Source: Gammaproteobacteria bacterium
Lineage (GTDB): Bacteria > Pseudomonadota > Gammaproteobacteria > JAABTG01
Assembly (NCBI GenBank): GCA_017999615.1
Contig: JAGNLM010000001.1
Location: forward strand, 614,739-678,738
Direction of reading: 5' to 3'
DNA: 64,000 nucleotides
Each line of letters opens with the position of its first letter. Positions within the stretch are counted from its first letter, which is position 1. The translations under genes and the position numbers were made by a program. Below are positions 35,882 through 44,661 of the stretch, piece after piece. A model generated the notes under the pieces. It was not told the DNA's origin. It saw only the letters and a list, made by a program, of their open reading frames with translations, and searched no databases.

Positions 35882-36850
35882 ATGGCAACGGCACCTGACA
35901 CCAGAGAGGGTTCGCAGCGGGGGGGGCGTCCGCCCGCGCGGCCCTTCGTGATGCCAGCGACCCTCGGGGGCAAGCTTCGCGTGTGGCGCTTCCTCATCGC
36001 CCGGCGCGCCGTCCAGGCGGGCCTGCTGTTGCTCTTCTTCGGGTCGCTGCACTGGGGCTGGAGCCTGTTCGGCCGGCTGCTCCTGGTGGGCAACTACTCG
36101 GCCTCCGAGGTGCTGGGGCTCGTGCCGCTCGCCGACCCGTTCGCCGTTCTGCAGACGGTGCTCACCGGTTACTTTCCGACCGCCGAGGTGCTGATCGGCG
36201 GGGGCCTGGTCCTGCTGTTCTACGGAGTCGTCGGGGGGCGGACGTGGTGTGCGTGGGTCTGTCCCATGAACCTGGTGACCGATGCCGCGGCCTGGCTGCG
36301 CAAGCGCCTGAAGGTCCGGGACCTCGCCAACGTGACCCGCAAGGTCCGTTACGGGGTGCTCGCACTCACCCTCGTTCTCTCCGCCCTCGCGGGTGTGGCC
36401 GCGTTCGAGTGGGTCAGCCCGATCTCGATGTTCCACCGGGAACTCCTCTTCGGGGCGGGTATCGGGTGGGCCGCGGTCCTCGGCGTGTTCCTGTTCGACG
36501 CCCTCGTGCTGCGTGATGGCTGGTGTGGGCACCTGTGTCCGCTCGGGGCCTTCTACGCGGTGCTGGGGGAGCGCACGGCGCAGGTGCGGGTTGCGTTCGT
36601 GGACGAACGCTGCAGCCGCTGCGGAGAGTGTGTTCGGGTCTGCCCGGAGCCGCAGGTCCTGAATTTCAAGAAGGCCGCAGAGGCCGGCATGGTTGCCTCA
36701 GGAGAGTGCATCAACTGCGGGAGCTGTATTCCAGTTTGCCCCGAGGATGCCCTGCGGTTCGATTGGCGCCACCGTATCGTGGCGGCACGGCGCGCGGGGG
36801 ATTCGGGGCTCGAAAAGTCGCAGGTACCACCCAAAAGGAGGGTCGCATGA
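35882..36850 (+). CDS. napH: NapH, membrane-bound ferredoxin-type protein (quinol dehydrogenase partner of NapG)
   Basis: TM helices, conserved CAWVCP motif and C-terminal CxxCxxCxxxCP clusters (CSRCGECVRVCP, CINCGSCIPVCP). Confidence 0.85.
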   Translation: MATAPDTREGSQRGGRPPARPFVMPATLGGKLRVWRFLIARRAVQAGLLLLFFGSLHWGWSLFGRLLLVGNYSASEVLGLVPLADPFAVLQTVLTGYFPTAEVLIGGGLVLLFYGVVGGRTWCAWVCPMNLVTDAAAWLRKRLKVRDLANVTRKVRYGVLALTLVLSALAGVAAFEWVSPISMFHRELLFGAGIGWAAVLGVFLFDALVLRDGWCGHLCPLGAFYAVLGERTAQVRVAFVDERCSRCGECVRVCPEPQVLNFKKAAEAGMVASGECINCGSCIPVCPEDALRFDWRHRIVAARRAGDSGLEKSQVPPKRRVA

Positions 36851-37308
36851 AAATCAAAACCGTTCTGATCGCTTCCGCATTGGCGCTGGCGGCCGCGGGC
36901 ATCGTGCAGGCTGCGGGCACCGCGATGGACGACAAGGAGATGGGACTCAGCAAGTCGAGCGTCTTCGACGTGCCCGTCCCGCCGGCGTGGGATTACGCGA
37001 CGACGCAGGGGACGATGCCCCGTTACTTCGGGGATGCCCCGCCGATGATCCCGCACTCGATCGCGGCCTACGAGAACATCACGCCCACCATGAACATGTG
37101 CGTCAGCTGCCACAAGCAGCCGGACAAGATGGGCCAGAAGGTCGCCGCGGGGATGCCGACGCCGATGCCCGCGAGCCACTACACGGACCTGCGGAATTCA
37201 CCGACCAAGGTGGACAAGGAAGTGGACGGGTCCCGTTACAAGTGCACGCTGTGCCACCAGGCACAGGCGGACGCGAAGCCGCTGGTCGAGAATACGTTCA
37301 AGAAGTAG
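36847..37308 (+). CDS. napB: NapB, diheme cytochrome c subunit of periplasmic nitrate reductase
   Basis: Signal peptide MKIKTVLIASALALAAAG, two CxxCH motifs (CVSCH, CTLCH); ATG at 36847 overlaps the napH stop. Confidence 0.85.
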   Translation: MKIKTVLIASALALAAAGIVQAAGTAMDDKEMGLSKSSVFDVPVPPAWDYATTQGTMPRYFGDAPPMIPHSIAAYENITPTMNMCVSCHKQPDKMGQKVAAGMPTPMPASHYTDLRNSPTKVDKEVDGSRYKCTLCHQAQADAKPLVENTFKK

Positions 37309-37467
37309 CCGTCCGTCTCGCGCGGGGCTTCCCCAGGGGAGCCCCCTCCGCCCCGGGGCGGAGTCGAGGGTCTTTCGAGGCGGGGCAGACAGCGTGTTGC
37401 CCCGCTTCGGTAGTTTGCATTGGCAGGCGCGCCCCGCGCCCAGCAGCGTCGGTATCCCATTGCCCCC

Positions 37468-38694
37468 ATGAGCGGCGAAGCCTCCACGCTTTCTTTCGAT
37501 GATGCGCTCGCCTTTCTGCTCGAGCGCGCCCGGCCCGTACAGGACACCGAGACCTCGGAGCTGCCGGCCGCGCTGGGCCGCGTGCTGGCAGGGCCGGTGG
37601 TGTCTCCGCACGACGTCCCGCCCTGGGACAACAGCGCCATGGACGGTTACGCCGTGCGCGTGGCGAACGTCTCGGGCGCGGGCGAGACGCGGCTTCGGGT
37701 GAGCCAACGCATCCCGGCTGGACACCGGGGCGAGCCCCTCGTCCCCGGGACAGCCGCGCGCATCTTCACCGGCGCCCCGGTGCCCGAGGGCGCCGAGGCG
37801 GTCGTCGTCCAGGAGGACTGCCGGGAGGAGGCGGGGGAGGTGATCCTCTCCGGCCCGGTACGCGCTGGTGACAACGTTCGCCCCCGCGGCAGCGACATCC
37901 GGGCCGGCAGCGAGGTCGTGGGCCGCGGCGAGCGGCTGCGCCCCCAGCATCTCGGTCTGGCGGCCTCGGTCGGCGCCGCTCGTCTCGAGGTGTACCGCCG
38001 CCTGCGCGTCACGCTGTTCTCCACGGGAGACGAACTGGTCGAGCCCGGTCTGCCGCTCGGCGAGGGGCAGATCTACAACTCGAACCGCTACACCCTTCGG
38101 TCCCTCCTCGGGATGCTCGGGTGCGAGGTCCGCGACCTGGGCATCGTTGCCGACGACTTCGAGACGACGCGTCGGGCGCTCGCGGAGGCCTCCGGGGCCA
38201 CCGACGTCCTGTTGACGACCGGCGGCGTCTCGGTCGGGGAGGAAGACCACGTCAAGGCAGCGGTGCGCTCGCTCGGCCGCCTGGACCTCTGGCGGATCCG
38301 CGTCAAGCCCGGCAAGCCGCTGGCCTTCGGCCGGGTGGGGGAGGCGGATTTCCTGGGTGTGCCCGGGAATCCGGTCTCGGCCTTCGTCACCTTCCTGCTC
38401 TTCGTGCGGCCCTTCCTGCTGCGGCGCATGGGGGTGCTGAGGCCCGAGGTCCCGCGGTTCTCGGTGCCCGCGGATTTCCGGCACGAGCGGGCGGGAAAGC
38501 GCCGGGAGTTCCTGCGCGCCCGCCTGGTCGCCGGGCCGGACGGGACGGCGCAGGCGACGCTCTTCCCGCGCCAAGGCTCGGAGGTCCTTTCCTCTATCGC
38601 CTGGGCCGATGGCCTGGTCGAGTTGCTCGAGGGCAAGGTCGTCGCACCCGGCGACTTCGTCGGCTATCGCAGTTTTGCCGACCTGCTGAGCTGA
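37468..38694 (+). CDS. moeA: molybdopterin molybdotransferase MoeA
   Basis: LSFDDALAFLLERARPV...SPHDVPPWDNSAMDGYAVR...GGVSVGEEDHVK, the conserved MoeA/gephyrin E-domain motifs. Confidence 0.85.
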   Translation: MSGEASTLSFDDALAFLLERARPVQDTETSELPAALGRVLAGPVVSPHDVPPWDNSAMDGYAVRVANVSGAGETRLRVSQRIPAGHRGEPLVPGTAARIFTGAPVPEGAEAVVVQEDCREEAGEVILSGPVRAGDNVRPRGSDIRAGSEVVGRGERLRPQHLGLAASVGAARLEVYRRLRVTLFSTGDELVEPGLPLGEGQIYNSNRYTLRSLLGMLGCEVRDLGIVADDFETTRRALAEASGATDVLLTTGGVSVGEEDHVKAAVRSLGRLDLWRIRVKPGKPLAFGRVGEADFLGVPGNPVSAFVTFLLFVRPFLLRRMGVLRPEVPRFSVPADFRHERAGKRREFLRARLVAGPDGTAQATLFPRQGSEVLSSIAWADGLVELLEGKVVAPGDFVGYRSFADLLS

Positions 38695-38757
38695 GGGGTC
38701 CCCGGCTGCAGGGCTCGGTGCTCCCGTGACCGGGGTTCCCGGGGGGAAGCTGGCGCG

Positions 38758-39423
38758 ATGAGGCTCTTACTGGTCGAGGACGACGCGCCGCTGCGTGAGC
38801 GCTTGCGCTCGGGGCTGCGTCAGGCGGGCTTCGCCGTCGATGTCGCCGCTGACGGGCTCGAGGCCGAGTCTTGCGGGGTGGCCGAGCCCTACGACGCGGT
38901 CGTGCTCGACCTGGGGCTGCCCGGCAAGAGTGGTCTCGACGTGCTGCGTGGCTGGCGGGCGGAGGGAAATCAGGTCCCGGTGCTCGTACTGACGGCCCGG
39001 GATACCTGGTCCGAGCGGGTGGACGGCCTCAAGGCGGGGGCCGACGATTATCTGGGCAAGCCGTTCCACCTGGAGGAACTGGTGGCCCGTCTGAACGCGC
39101 TCCTCCGCCGGAGCCACCCCGAGGCGGAGTCCTCCCTGGCGGCCGAGGGATTGCGCCTGGACGAGGACCGGCAGGTGGCCGTGCGGGCCGACGGCCAGGT
39201 GGTCCCTCTCACCGGGACCGAGTTCCGGCTCCTGCGCTACCTCATGCACCACCCGGGCAGGGTACTGTCGAAGAGCCGGCTGAGCGAGCACGTGTACGAG
39301 CTCGACGAAGACCGGGACAGCAACGTCATCGAGGTCTACGTCAATCGCCTGCGCCAGAAGCTCGGAAAGGACCTGATCCGCACCCGCCGCGGGCAGGGCT
39401 ACGTCTTCGGCGAGGGGGACTGA
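38758..39423 (+). CDS. two-component response regulator, OmpR/PhoB family (receiver + winged helix)
   Basis: MRLLLVEDD...[13 protein letters not shown]......R.......PVLVLTARD and a C-terminal winged helix ([13 protein letters not shown]...[11 protein letters not shown]). Confidence 0.85.
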   Translation: MRLLLVEDDAPLRERLRSGLRQAGFAVDVAADGLEAESCGVAEPYDAVVLDLGLPGKSGLDVLRGWRAEGNQVPVLVLTARDTWSERVDGLKAGADDYLGKPFHLEELVARLNALLRRSHPEAESSLAAEGLRLDEDRQVAVRADGQVVPLTGTEFRLLRYLMHHPGRVLSKSRLSEHVYELDEDRDSNVIEVYVNRLRQKLGKDLIRTRRGQGYVFGEGD

Positions 39424-39424
39424 C

Positions 39425-40759
39425 GTGTTCTCCCTGCGGGCGCGGCTCACCGGCTGGCTGGTGGTCACGCTGGTGATCCTGCTCGCCCTGCACTGGCTCG
39501 TTTCGGGGATGGCGCCCCGGTTCATCGCCCAGGACTTCGTGGCGACGCGGCTCGGGCACGATACGGAGTCCCTCCTCGCGGGCCTGCACGTGGAAGAGGC
39601 AGGGGGGCTGCGGCTCGACGCGACGCACGTCGCGCCGGTCTACGATCGCCCCTTTTCCGGGCATTATTTCGTCATCTCGGGTGAGCGGGGCGAGGTCCGG
39701 TCCCGATCGTTGCACGGCGAGGACCTCCCGGGGCGTGCCCCGGAGACACCGGGCGTGGTGAGGATCTCCGAGGCCTGGGGTCCGCGGGGCCAGCCGCTGC
39801 TCGTGCGGGCCGAGACGCACGTGGTGTCCGGCAGGCCGGTGGGTCTGATGGTCGCCGAGGACCTCACCCCGGTCAGGGAGCACCTCGCTCGCATGCATCT
39901 GTGGTTCTCCGTGGGCACGCTGGCGGTCATGGGCTTGCTGCTCCTCATCCAGGGGGTGGTGGTCCGCTGGGGGCTGAGCCCCCTCGAGCGGGTGCGGGAG
40001 GACTGCCTGCGGCTCGAGTCGGGCGAGGTGGGCCGACTGTGCGAGGACGTGCCCCTGGAGGTCCGTCCGCTCGTGAACGAGGTGAACCGGCTCCTCGGGG
40101 TGATGAATCAGCGCCTGGAACGCTCGCGGAATGCCCTCGGGAATCTCGCCCACGCCATCAAGACGCCGCTCACTCTGCTGGCTCACGCCCTGGATGAGCG
40201 GGGAGGGGAGCGGCTCGGGCCTGATGTGCGTCAGGGCGTGGCGAAGATCCAGGAGGTGGTCGATCACGAGCTCGCGAGGGCCCGTCTGGCGGGACGCTCG
40301 TCCTCGACCGAGAGCTTCGCGCCGGCCCGGGAGCTCCCCGACCTGGTGGAGGTGATGCGCCGGGCTCACGCCGGACGTGCGCTCGACTTCGAGTTGCAGG
40401 TGCCGGAAGGGCTTGCGTTCCGGGGCGACCGGCAGGACCTCCTGGAGCTCTTCGGCAATCTCCTCGACAACGCGGCGAAGTGGGCCAGAGAGCGGGTGGT
40501 CCTGCGGGTGAGTGAGGGCGCGGGCCTCGCCTTCACCGTGGAGGACGATGGTCCGGGCATCCCCGGGGAGCGGCTGGGAGAGCTCTCGGGGCGCGGGGTC
40601 CGGCTCGACGAGTCGGTCCCCGGTCACGGCATCGGACTCCCCATCGTACGGGAGATCGTGGACCACTACGGCGGCTCCCTTGCCTTCTCCCGCTCGCAGG
40701 CCCTCGGCGGCCTGCGTGCCGAGGTCCGCCTTCCTGGGGCCGGGTACGGCCCGTTTTAA
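39425..40759 (+). CDS. sensor histidine kinase (cognate to the upstream regulator)
   Basis: Two TM segments, HisKA H-box LGNLAHAIKTPLT, HATPase N/G boxes (LFGNLLDNAAKWA, DDGPGIP, GHGIGLPIV); the start is only 1 bp after the regulator stop. Confidence 0.85.
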   Translation: MFSLRARLTGWLVVTLVILLALHWLVSGMAPRFIAQDFVATRLGHDTESLLAGLHVEEAGGLRLDATHVAPVYDRPFSGHYFVISGERGEVRSRSLHGEDLPGRAPETPGVVRISEAWGPRGQPLLVRAETHVVSGRPVGLMVAEDLTPVREHLARMHLWFSVGTLAVMGLLLLIQGVVVRWGLSPLERVREDCLRLESGEVGRLCEDVPLEVRPLVNEVNRLLGVMNQRLERSRNALGNLAHAIKTPLTLLAHALDERGGERLGPDVRQGVAKIQEVVDHELARARLAGRSSSTESFAPARELPDLVEVMRRAHAGRALDFELQVPEGLAFRGDRQDLLELFGNLLDNAAKWARERVVLRVSEGAGLAFTVEDDGPGIPGERLGELSGRGVRLDESVPGHGIGLPIVREIVDHYGGSLAFSRSQALGGLRAEVRLPGAGYGPF

Positions 40760-40813
40760 GGTTGGATTCAGGCGCCTCCTCTATTCTGTGTACGGGTAGA
40801 GGAGGTACCGGCG

Positions 40814-41074
40814 ATGAATGCAGGCGAAGAACGTTCGCGGGGCATCGGCGATGCGGCCCTGGTCTTGCGCTGGATCCGGGCCAACGCCCTGGAGGCCTTC
40901 ACCCTGCGGGAGTGTCAGCAGCGGCTGCGGGGGCGCTTCCGTAAGGCGGCGCAGCTCGAGCCGGTCATCGAGAGCCTGGTCGAGCAGGGGCGGCTCGAGC
41001 GCGTGGTTCCCCCACCGAAGGTCGGCCGCCCGCCGCGGCTCTTCCGGGTGGTCGACGCCGGCGCAAACGGTTGA
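40814..41074 (+). CDS. hypothetical small protein, possible winged-helix fragment
   Basis: 86-aa ORF in a 370-bp gap; no recognisable family; could be a remnant. Confidence 0.3.
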   Translation: MNAGEERSRGIGDAALVLRWIRANALEAFTLRECQQRLRGRFRKAAQLEPVIESLVEQGRLERVVPPPKVGRPPRLFRVVDAGANG

Positions 41075-41128
41075 GGGGCCCGTGCAGTCTCGGGCCTGCA
41101 TCCCCGGGGCGAAGGCTCGGGCAAGTCC

Positions 41129-43384
41129 CTAGGGCTCGAGCGGCGGGGTCGGCGGGAGCCGCAGGGGGGTGTTGGCCCCCGCGGGGTCCAGCACCACGCC
41201 GAGGGGAGAATCGAGCGCCGCCCACTCGCCCTGGAGGGCGGCCTGCAGGCTCGGTGTGTCGAAGACGACGTAGCCCTGACGCCCGTAGTGGCGCAGCTTG
41301 CGGGCGATGCCCGCGACGGCTGCCTCATCCTCGGCGCCCACCCAGCCCAGCACCGCGGACGGCGCGTCCCGGCGGGGCAGCGCGAGCGTGAAGGCGTGCC
41401 CGGCCCTCGGCAGCGTCCGGTCGGCAAGCGTGACCCGGCCGCCGGAGAGGCCGCTGCTCCCCGGGGGGGAGGCATCAAATTCGTCCCGTCCGCGCGGGTG
41501 CGGCTCCTCGAGGTGGTCGCCCTGCCGGGCGAGGGCGTCCGCCACGTCAGCGAGGAAGCGGTTTTCCCACCCCAGGACCCACACCGGGCGATCGGCGGAA
41601 ATGCTCTGGACCTCACTGTCCAGCACGGCCTCTCCGCCGCCACGGGCCCACTCGGCGGCGAGCGACCGATACGCCTGGAGAAGGGTGGCCGGCGCCGCAC
41701 CGGGTAGCACCAGCAGGGGCTGACGGGCCCCGAAGAGCCGGCCGAGAGAGGCCGGGAGCTCCGCAGGGTCGAGCCGGCGGAAGAGGTCGAACCGCGGGTC
41801 CACCTGCAGGCGCACGGGCCGCGTGCTCGTGCGCACCTCGAACGGGGCGGACCGCCCGTCGAGCGCGACGGTCTTCACCACCGCCGGCAAGTCTCCCTCG
41901 CCCTGTACCGCCACGGGCACCTGCAGGCGATACGGCCGGCCCGTGCCGGTCTCTTCGATGCGTCCGCTCACCGCGTATCCGCCGCCCACGGCGGTCGCGG
42001 TGACCCCGGACAGACGGATCCTCGGCGCGCCCGTGCGCTCGACCCACTGCGCGAAGAACCAGCCCAGATCGCGCCCCGCCTCGGCCTCGAAGGCTCGCTG
42101 CACGTCCGCCCAGCCCGCGGTGCGGAAGAGGTGCTCCCGGTAGAGCCGGCGCAGCCCCTCCACGAAGGCCCGCTCGCCGACCTCCTGGCGCAAGGTGTGG
42201 AAGACCATCAGGGCCTTGTTGTACCCCACCGCCTGGGTGACCTCCCCGTGGCGTCCCCGGAAGGACGTGAGGGGGAAGTCCTGCGCCTCGTCGACGTAGT
42301 CCGCGTATTTCTGCAACGCCGCTCTCCGGTGGGCCGTGCCGCGTCCTTGCCGCTCCTGGACGAGGTGGTCGGCCAGGTACGAGGTCAGGCCCTCGGCCCA
42401 GTTGCCGGCGCGGTAGTCGATCCAGACCCCGTTGCCCCACCAGTTGTGGAGGATCTCGTGGGGGTAGGAGCTCTCCAGCAGGAACGGCAGCCGCAGGACC
42501 CGGGAGCCGATGAGGGTGAAGGAGGGCATCCCGTAGCCGGTCTCCCAGGTGTTCTCCAGGAGCGCGAACTTCCCGTAGGGGTAGGGCCCCAGGAGCTGGC
42601 TGTAGAGGTCCAGGTAGCGGTCGGTGGCCTCCAGGTAGCGCTGGGCGAGGTCCGGATCCGGGGCCCGGAGGTAGACCTGGGCCTCGCCGTGGGGCGTCGC
42701 CTTCCGGTACACCGTGAAAGGGGCGGCCACGAGGTAGATCTCGTCCTGGAGCCGGCGCTCTACCCAGCGGGTCCCCTCTGTCCAGCGGGTCCCCTCGGTC
42801 CCGCCCACCGTCCCGGCACCGTCCTCGACCCCCTGGCTCACCGACCTCCAGCCCGGGGGAAGCGACACCGTGAGGGAGAAGGTGAGGGGTCCGCCAGGGT
42901 CGGGATACCAGCCGCTCGCCCCGTCCAGGTACACGGTCGCAGGGTCGATCAGGCCCGGGGTGCTGGGCATCGGTCTGCCGCCGTCGGTCGCGATGTCGGT
43001 GACGGGGTGGCGCAAGAGTCCCCCGTAACGGATCGTGAGCCGGGGGCTCTGCGCCGGGACCTGCGCGCGAAACCTTTCGAGCGGGACGGCGGCGGTGGCG
43101 GTGCCGGTCCGCTCCAGGCTTGCGCCGGGCGTCCCGGTCCTCGGCTCGAGACCCGCGTGCAGGGTAAGCTCGAGCGTGGTCGTCCCGGCGGGGAGCGTCA
43201 GCGTATCCTCCGCATCGAGCCTACCGCGCAGGGGGTCGAGCTGGACCTGCAGGTCATGGTGGACCTGGGTCGGGGCGGGTGGGGTGACGGTGAGCGCGAG
43301 CACGCCGAGGAGCGCTGGAACCCAGAAGGGGGTCCGGTGGTCAGGGTAGGGGTAGGCAGAACGGGACATCCGCATGAACCTCAT
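41129..43384 (-). CDS. M1 family zinc metallopeptidase (aminopeptidase N-like), secreted
   Basis: Gluzincin motif YPHEILHNWWGNGV...E (HEXXH-x18-E) and upstream GYGMPSF exopeptidase-like motif; N-terminal hydrophobic segment. The start at MRFMRM overlaps the divergent gene by 11 bp; the third Met at 43369 does not. Confidence 0.8.
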   Translation of the reverse strand: MRFMRMSRSAYPYPDHRTPFWVPALLGVLALTVTPPAPTQVHHDLQVQLDPLRGRLDAEDTLTLPAGTTTLELTLHAGLEPRTGTPGASLERTGTATAAVPLERFRAQVPAQSPRLTIRYGGLLRHPVTDIATDGGRPMPSTPGLIDPATVYLDGASGWYPDPGGPLTFSLTVSLPPGWRSVSQGVEDGAGTVGGTEGTRWTEGTRWVERRLQDEIYLVAAPFTVYRKATPHGEAQVYLRAPDPDLAQRYLEATDRYLDLYSQLLGPYPYGKFALLENTWETGYGMPSFTLIGSRVLRLPFLLESSYPHEILHNWWGNGVWIDYRAGNWAEGLTSYLADHLVQERQGRGTAHRRAALQKYADYVDEAQDFPLTSFRGRHGEVTQAVGYNKALMVFHTLRQEVGERAFVEGLRRLYREHLFRTAGWADVQRAFEAEAGRDLGWFFAQWVERTGAPRIRLSGVTATAVGGGYAVSGRIEETGTGRPYRLQVPVAVQGEGDLPAVVKTVALDGRSAPFEVRTSTRPVRLQVDPRFDLFRRLDPAELPASLGRLFGARQPLLVLPGAAPATLLQAYRSLAAEWARGGGEAVLDSEVQSISADRPVWVLGWENRFLADVADALARQGDHLEEPHPRGRDEFDASPPGSSGLSGGRVTLADRTLPRAGHAFTLALPRRDAPSAVLGWVGAEDEAAVAGIARKLRHYGRQGYVVFDTPSLQAALQGEWAALDSPLGVVLDPAGANTPLRLPPTPPLEP

Positions 43385-44588
43385 CGCTCGTTCCGGTGCG
43401 GCCGCCGCGACCCTTGCGGTGCTGCTCCTGTCGGTTCCTGCCGCCGCGGTTCCCGGCGCGGTTCCCGGCTCGGGTCCCGGATCGGTTCCCGGCGCAGGGC
43501 CGCGTGAGCGGCCGGCGCAGGGCTTGGCGGCCCCGGAAGGTTCGCCTGTCGCGAGGGCCATCGATATGCGCGCAGTGCCCGCCCTGGAGCGGATCATCCC
43601 ACGTCTGGACCGGACGCGGGTCGTGTTCGTCGGGGAGACTCACGACCGTCTCGACCACCACCTGAACCAGTTCGAGGTGATCCGGGGCCTCCACGCGCGG
43701 CGCCGGGCGATCGCCATCGGCATGGAACAGTTCCAGCAGCCTTTCCAGGGTGTGCTCGACGACTACGTGGCGGGCCGCGTCTCCGAGCGCGAGATGCTGG
43801 AGCGTACGGAGTACTTCGAGCGCTGGCGCTTCGACTACCGCCTGTACCGGCCCATCCTGCAGTACGCCCGGGAGCACGGCATCCCCTTGGTCGCCCTGAA
43901 CGTTCCCGCCGAGATCACCACGAAGATCGGCCGGGAGGGCCTCGGGGGTCTGAGCGAGGCCGAGCGCGCCCAGGTGCCCGCGGAGATCGACCGCAGCGAC
44001 GAGGCCTACCACGCGCGGCTGCGCACCATCTTCGATCAGCACCCGAGGGGCGGCGAGCAGAGCTTCGAGCGCTGGCTCGAGGTGCAGCTGACCTGGGACG
44101 AGGGCATGGCCGAGTGCGCCGCCCGTTACCTCGCAGAGAACCCCCGCCGCACGCTGGTCGTGCTGGCCGGTTCCGGGCATCTCACCTACCGCTCGGGGAT
44201 CCCCAACCGGGTGGCACGCCGTTCGGGTGTCTCCGGAATGGTGCTCCTGCCCATGGACGGTGTGGCGCTCGAGCCCGAGGTGGGCGACTTCCTCCTGACC
44301 TCCCCGTCGCGGAGCCTGCCCCCGTCGGGCCGGCTGGGGGTGGGAATCGAGACGCAGGAGGGCCGGGTGCGGGTGGCGTCCGTGGAAGCGAACAGCGGCG
44401 CGCAGGAGGCGGGGATGCGGGAAGGCGACGAGATCGTCGCCATCGACGGTCATCCGGTCGCGCGGTTCTCGGACGTGCGCCTCGCGCTCTGGGATCGGTC
44501 GGCCGGTGAGCAGTCCACGGTCGAGGTCCTTCGCCGGCGCTGGATCGGCCCGGACGAGCCAGCGACGCTCACGGTCACGTTGCGCTAG
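43374..44588 (+). CDS. ChaN-family (DUF399, Tiki/TraB-like) protein fused to a C-terminal PDZ domain, secreted
   Basis: Signal peptide MNLIARSGAAAATLAVLLLSVPAAA; ChaN motifs VVFVGETHD and VVLAGSGH; C-terminal PDZ (GVGIE...G.RVASV...SGAQEAGMREGDEIVAIDG). Confidence 0.7.
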   Translation: MNLIARSGAAAATLAVLLLSVPAAAVPGAVPGSGPGSVPGAGPRERPAQGLAAPEGSPVARAIDMRAVPALERIIPRLDRTRVVFVGETHDRLDHHLNQFEVIRGLHARRRAIAIGMEQFQQPFQGVLDDYVAGRVSEREMLERTEYFERWRFDYRLYRPILQYAREHGIPLVALNVPAEITTKIGREGLGGLSEAERAQVPAEIDRSDEAYHARLRTIFDQHPRGGEQSFERWLEVQLTWDEGMAECAARYLAENPRRTLVVLAGSGHLTYRSGIPNRVARRSGVSGMVLLPMDGVALEPEVGDFLLTSPSRSLPPSGRLGVGIETQEGRVRVASVEANSGAQEAGMREGDEIVAIDGHPVARFSDVRLALWDRSAGEQSTVEVLRRRWIGPDEPATLTVTLR

Positions 44589-44655
44589 GCCTGCGCCAGG
44601 CCTGCGCTGAGGCTGCGCCGGGCCTGCGGCAGGGCTGCGCCAGGCCTGCGCTGGG
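44583..44655. repeat. imperfect tandem repeat, about 6 copies of an 11-12 bp unit G(C/G)CTGCGC(C/T)(A/G)G
   Basis: gcctgcgccag gcctgcgctgag gctgcgccggg cctgcggcagg gctgcgccagg cctgcgctggg, between convergent gene ends. Confidence 0.5.
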
Positions 44656-44661
44656 CCGTGC

